A DNA stretch of 29,976 nt from the NCBI GenBank assembly GCA_964453125.1, contig CAYVSR010000001.1:1030-31005 (forward strand), read 5' to 3'. Both the position numbers and the translations under genes were made by a program. The notes under the pieces are model-generated. The model was given only the letters and a program-made list of their open reading frames with translations, was not told where the DNA came from and did not search any database. Shown here one piece after another: positions 25,683-29,976 of this stretch (positions are counted from its first letter, which is position 1; every line of letters begins with the position of its first letter). The DNA is from an uncultured Phycisphaeraceae bacterium (GTDB lineage: Bacteria; Planctomycetota; Phycisphaerae; Phycisphaerales; UBA1924).

Positions 25683-26220
25683 GTGTCACGGACCTGCCCT
25701 GCAGGTCCGTGCTCTCCCCTTCCGAGAATGTCCGCGCCCGTGCGTGCGCCTGCTGACCACCCCACGGACCTTCTGCGAAGGTCCGTGCCACGTTGGCGGG
25801 GTGAGGCGATTCGACGCGCCGTGCCACGGACCTGCTCTGCAGGTCCGTGCTCTCCCCTTCGTTGAGCAAGTGCGCCCGCGAGTGCGCCAGTTGACCACCC
25901 CACGGACCTTCTGCGAAGGTCCGTGCCACGTCGGCGGGGTAAGGTAGTTCGACACCCCGTGCCACGGACCTGCTTTGCAGGTCCGTGATCTCCCCCTCGT
26001 TGAGCAAGTGCGCCCGCGAGTGCGCCCGCTGACCACCCCACGGACCTTCTGCGAAGGTCCGTGCCACGTCGGCGGGGTGAGCCGGTTCGACGTGCCCCGT
26101 GCCACGGACCTGCTCTGCAGGTCCGTCCACCCCTGCGCGAAGGCCCGCGCCCGTGCGTGCGCCCGCTGACCACCCCACGGACCTTCTGCGAAGGTCCGTG
26201 CCACGTATCGGCGGGGTGAG
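25683..26220. repeat. Tandem array of four ~138-bp units, each holding two 25-bp palindromes (BIME/REPIN-like)
   Basis: Type A CACGGACCTGC-NNT-GCAGGTCCGTG at 25687, 25825, 25963, 26103 (last copy has a terminal mismatch). Type B CACGGACCTTC-TGC-GAAGGTCCGTG at 25763, 25901, 26039, 26176. Linkers are homologous between units. Confidence 0.93.
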
Positions 26221-26222
26221 CG

Positions 26223-29165
26223 CTAGTTGGTCGCCGTGCAAGGCGTGCCGAATCCGCTCAGCACGGCGTTGAGGTCGATGAAACTCACCGTGTCGTCGTC
26301 CGGAACGCCGTCTCTGTTCGCGTCAGGCGCCACGTTCCCGGTGATGTCGGAGCCCGGGGCGGCGCTCTGGCCGAAGAAGCCGAGCACGTTGTTGAGGTCT
26401 GCAAAGTTGACGACGCCGTCGTTGTTGGTGTCGCCCAGGCAGGGCAGCGACCACGCGCGGATGTTGTCGGTGTAGAGGATGGAGCCTGGGGGCGCGGCGC
26501 TCTCGTCGGAGCCGAGATAGAAGAAGCGGTCGAGGTCCTTGTGCGTGCCGTTCGCCAGCGAAGCGAGCGGGTCGACCACGACCGCGCTGCCGTTGCTGGG
26601 GCCGCCGACGAAGCGGAGCAGCCTGCCGTTGATGCGAAAGGTGTGCTTCGCGCCCGTGCTCCGTGAGATCGCGACGGTGAATGTCTGGTTGAAGCCCGAG
26701 CCGAAGACCGAGAGGCCGGCGCCAGAGTCGATCCAACTGGTCGCGAACGGTTCGGCCATCGTCGGCGCCGGGACCTGCGCCCAGAAGGTGCCGGTGACAG
26801 AGGAGAACGTGAGCCCGGCGATGCGCGCGAACTGCGTCGCGGCGATCGTGGCCTGCGCCGCCGCCCAGGTGCGCGAGGTCGCGCCGTCCGTGAGCCGCAT
26901 GTCGGCGCGAACCGTCCAGCCCCGGGACGTCGAGCCCGTGACGTGCGGCAGGCCCGTGCTCGCCTGCGTGAAGGAGATGAATTCGGGGGTGTTCGGCGCC
27001 CCCGCGGGGGTGTCGCGGAACAGGTTCTCCATCTGCAGCGCTTTCATGGAGCCATCGACGCTGGGCGTCACGATCGGCATGTTCGGCGCGCTGGCCCAGC
27101 GGAAGGGCGTGGCGGAGTTGCCGTCGTCGTCGTGAACGCCGATCGTGACTCCCTCGATGCCCCACTCCAGATCGTCGTGGTACACGAGCGTCAGCGGCGG
27201 GAGCGTGACCGACGGCAGCACGGCGCACGTCAGCACGATGTTGTCGTAATCAATGCTGTCGCCCGCGCCCGGCCAGTTGTTCTCGCACTCGAGATCGAGG
27301 CGGTCGATCGAGTTGACGAACGAGGATCCGGTGAAGACGGTCGAGCCGCCGACCGAGACCGTCATGTTGCGGCCCTTGTCAACGTCGAAGCACACGTTGC
27401 GGAAGGCGTTGTACGCCCAGTTCACGCCGGTGTCGGCGACGTCCACGCCGATGACTGGCACGCCCCCGTTGCCGTTGGGCCCGGCGGAATAGGGATCGGG
27501 CCAGGACTCATCGTCGATCGGGTTGTACGCGGGATTGATCTGCGCGTAGAGGCGCGAGTTGTACACCGCCGGCGGATTGAACGGGTCGAACCGCCCGATG
27601 AACAGGCGGCTCACGTACTCGTTGTCGGTGAGCGACACCGGCGCTATCCCGTGCACCGTCGCGTTGGGCGTCTGCGCGCTCGACGGGATCGAGACCTCCA
27701 CGCACAGGCGGAACGGCCCCACGCCCGTCGCGAACGTCAGCGGCAGCGTGCGCCCGTTCTCACGCCGGTAGTGGTCGTCGCTGAAGGAATTGGCGCGACG
27801 CACGACCTTGCCCTGCGGCGGGCCGAGGTCCACGACGATCGCCTGCGCCGAGGTCGCGTTGAACACCTGCGACGACTGCCCAGACAGGTTCCCCGTGTGC
27901 AGCCACTCGAAATCGTCCACGAAGTCCCCCCCGTCGCATTTCAGCGGCGGCGCCACGGGCAGCGTGAACTCGACGCCATCGATGTGCAGGTTGTCGATGT
28001 AGCAGGTGTTGTTGTCCGCCTCGTACCCGCCGGCGAACGCCATGCGGTCCACGCGACCGACCGGGCCGACCGAGTTGGGCTCGTTCCAAATGACTAACTC
28101 ACCGTGCCCGTCGTTGCGGTCGAGCTTGTGGATGAGGCGCCCATCGACGGTCGTCTCGGTGATGATCTTGAACCAGGAGCCCACCGGCACGGGCACGAAG
28201 AAGCCGGCGCCGCCGGGGTAGGGCGCGCCGCTGACGTACGTCGCGGGCGTGGTGCAGGGCGAGAACAAGCCGCAGAACCAGTCGGCGCCGCAGGGCGCCA
28301 GGGTGTAGAAGTCGGGGATGGGCCCCACCGGCAGCCCGATGCCCGTGGTCGCGTTCTGACCGCCCCAGAGCAGGCGCGCGATGATGATGCCGCTGCTGAC
28401 GTACGTCGGCTCGCTGGTCCAGAGCGAGTCGATGCTGTTCACGAACGTGTCGTGCACGATGCGCACGTTCTGGCCGATGTCCGGGCGGAACGTGAAGCGC
28501 GATTGGACGGCGCCCGTCGCCGTGTTCACCTTCACGAGTTCATAGCGCGCCCAACGCCCGAAGAAGGTGTTGGGCCCCATGGCCGGGGGCGCCACGAACC
28601 CGCGCAGCTTCTTCGTCGCGTTGCCCGCGACCGCCTCGGTCGCCACGCCGTACTGCGGCACGACCAGCGGCGGCGTGGCCGCCACGAATCGCGGCCGCCC
28701 CGTGACGGTCGCCGCCGCGCCGCCCCACGTGACCGTGTCGTTCTGATTGACCAGTTCGGCCGGCAGGGGCGCGAGGCTCTCGAAGCCGGTGTCGAACGTG
28801 GCGATGGCGCCGTCTGCGCCCGCCGAGCCGCGCGAGACAGCGCCGAACGCGCCCGAGAGATCGCGCGTCATGTGCGAGAGCGCGGTGCGCATGGACGCCG
28901 GCATGGCGAAGCCCGGCGCATCATTTCCCGGCGCATCGCCGGGGGGCGCCCCCTCGTTGCGCTTGTCCCAGATGTCGAACGCGGTCATGTCCGACTTGAA
29001 CCACGCGGTGGTGCGCATGGGGGTGGAGTTCCCGCCCGCCTGCGCCAGCGCCGCGCCATCAGCGTGCAGCGCCGCCGCGAGGCAGCCCGCCGCGCGCAGC
29101 GTGAGCCGAGTGATTGATTGCCCGTTCCGACCGGCGCGAAGCGCCGACACCGCAAGAGTCCCCAT
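26223..29165 (-). CDS. Large secreted protein with three repeated beta-sandwich-like modules and a C-terminal dockerin-like domain, about 980 aa
   Basis: GGAGG SD before ATG 29165 and a signal-like N-terminus ending ALAQ. Modules start FDTGFE / VDDFE / HDDLE and end YIDNL / YDNIV / YTDNI. Tail CLGDTNNDGVVNFADLNNVLGFFG...SFIDLNAVLSGFGTPC. Confidence 0.82.
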   Translation of the reverse strand: MGTLAVSALRAGRNGQSITRLTLRAAGCLAAALHADGAALAQAGGNSTPMRTTAWFKSDMTAFDIWDKRNEGAPPGDAPGNDAPGFAMPASMRTALSHMTRDLSGAFGAVSRGSAGADGAIATFDTGFESLAPLPAELVNQNDTVTWGGAAATVTGRPRFVAATPPLVVPQYGVATEAVAGNATKKLRGFVAPPAMGPNTFFGRWARYELVKVNTATGAVQSRFTFRPDIGQNVRIVHDTFVNSIDSLWTSEPTYVSSGIIIARLLWGGQNATTGIGLPVGPIPDFYTLAPCGADWFCGLFSPCTTPATYVSGAPYPGGAGFFVPVPVGSWFKIITETTVDGRLIHKLDRNDGHGELVIWNEPNSVGPVGRVDRMAFAGGYEADNNTCYIDNLHIDGVEFTLPVAPPLKCDGGDFVDDFEWLHTGNLSGQSSQVFNATSAQAIVVDLGPPQGKVVRRANSFSDDHYRRENGRTLPLTFATGVGPFRLCVEVSIPSSAQTPNATVHGIAPVSLTDNEYVSRLFIGRFDPFNPPAVYNSRLYAQINPAYNPIDDESWPDPYSAGPNGNGGVPVIGVDVADTGVNWAYNAFRNVCFDVDKGRNMTVSVGGSTVFTGSSFVNSIDRLDLECENNWPGAGDSIDYDNIVLTCAVLPSVTLPPLTLVYHDDLEWGIEGVTIGVHDDDGNSATPFRWASAPNMPIVTPSVDGSMKALQMENLFRDTPAGAPNTPEFISFTQASTGLPHVTGSTSRGWTVRADMRLTDGATSRTWAAAQATIAATQFARIAGLTFSSVTGTFWAQVPAPTMAEPFATSWIDSGAGLSVFGSGFNQTFTVAISRSTGAKHTFRINGRLLRFVGGPSNGSAVVVDPLASLANGTHKDLDRFFYLGSDESAAPPGSILYTDNIRAWSLPCLGDTNNDGVVNFADLNNVLGFFGQSAAPGSDITGNVAPDANRDGVPDDDTVSFIDLNAVLSGFGTPCTATN

Positions 29166-29242
29166 CGCGGCCTCCCATCCCCCGGGGCCGCCCCTCCGAG
29201 TTATCCATACGTCTCCCCCGGCGCCCCCGGTTCCCGGCGGGC

Positions 29243-29976
29243 TCACTTCCCCGCGTAGTCGATGATCCGCCCGATCTCGCTCCGCAGGTCGCGACGGTGC
29301 ACCACCCGGTCCACCAGCCCCGCGTCCAGCAGGAACTCGCTCCGCTGGAAGCCCTCGGGCAAGTCCTGCCGGATCGTCTGCTTGATCACGCGCGGGCCCG
29401 CGAACCCGATCAGCGCCTTGGGCTCCGCCAGGATCACGTCCCCCAGCATCGCGAACGACGCCGTCACGCCGCCCGTCGTCGGGTCCGTCAGCGCCGAGAT
29501 GAACAGCCCGCCCGCGTCGTCCAGCCTCGCGAGCGCGGCGCTCGTCTTGGCCATCTGCATCAGGCTCAGGCCCGATTCCTGCATGCGAGCGCCGCCCGAG
29601 CAGCTCACGATGACCAGCGGCAGATTCTCGTCCGTCGCGTGCTCGATCGACCGCGTGATCGCCTCCCCCACCACCGAACCCATCGACCCCATCATGAACG
29701 TGAGGTCCATGCAGCACAGCATCAGCGGCCGGCCTTTGATGAACGCCCGACCCGTGCTGATCGCCTCGGGCACGCCAGTGCGCTTGTGCTCGTCGCGCAG
29801 CCTCGCGCTGTAGGGCTTGCGGTCGATGAACCCCAGCGGGTCCGTCGCGCGCAGGTCGGTGAACAGGGGCTCGAACGAGCCGGGGTCCGACAGTTGGTTG
29901 ATCCGCTCCGCCGCGGAGATCCGGAAGTGATGCTCACACTCCGGGCAGACGTGGAGGTTGGCCTCCATCTGCTTGC
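29243..29976 (-). CDS. accD: Acetyl-CoA carboxylase carboxyltransferase beta subunit (5' partial)
   Basis: Second half of the Zn finger (CPECEHH), [45 protein letters not shown]. The frame stays open to the window edge. Confidence 0.96.
   Translation of the reverse strand, partial: KQMEANLHVCPECEHHFRISAAERINQLSDPGSFEPLFTDLRATDPLGFIDRKPYSARLRDEHKRTGVPEAISTGRAFIKGRPLMLCCMDLTFMMGSMGSVVGEAITRSIEHATDENLPLVIVSCSGGARMQESGLSLMQMAKTSAALARLDDAGGLFISALTDPTTGGVTASFAMLGDVILAEPKALIGFAGPRVIKQTIRQDLPEGFQRSEFLLDAGLVDRVVHRRDLRSEIGRIIDYAGK

Noticed and set aside
25683-26220. CRISPR array
   Set aside because: The sequences between the palindromes are homologous to each other rather than unique spacers, two repeat types alternate, and there is no cas gene or AT-rich leader in the window.
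25582-26241. Minus-strand ORFs across the repeat array (219, 172 and 170 aa) as repeat proteins
   Set aside because: They are open in several frames because of high GC and palindromy. Unit lengths of 140 and 137 break the 46-codon periodicity, and there is no convincing start signal.
26223-29717. 1164-aa version of the large secreted protein starting at 29717
   Set aside because: The extension overlaps accD in another frame and is low-complexity. ATG 29165 has a GGAGG SD and gives a signal-peptide-like N-terminus.

Overview
Very GC-rich bacterial chromosomal window, most likely a planctomycete of the Phycisphaerales type. This is an inference from three large secreted proteins ending in dockerin-like Ca-loop tails and from PilZ-REC-Hpt proteins. 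Content is mostly housekeeping and envelope genes: a 5'-truncated FG-GAP protein, DUF885 lipoprotein, acyl-ACP desaturase, alpha/beta hydrolase, mutL, HIT protein, S8 peptidase, tRNA-Gln(CTG), a lipoprotein, a 2-hydroxyacid dehydrogenase, a metG operon, a CapD-like dehydratase, dut and a 5'-truncated accD. No integrase, transposase or cas gene is visible. The most interesting items are: (1) a compact small-ORF plus nucleotidyltransferase pair resembling the MenA1/MenT1 tRNA-targeting toxin-antitoxin system; (2) a 4 x ~138-bp array of alternating, inverted 25-bp palindromes (BIME/REPIN-like, not CRISPR); (3) tandem PilZ-REC-Hpt paralogs with degenerate signalling residues; (4) a dUTPase with a ~55-aa insertion in its C-terminal arm; (5) a recurring TANNNT -10 box 6-9 nt before seven ATGs, suggesting leaderless mRNAs. 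All family assignments come from motif recognition by eye, and no database search was run.
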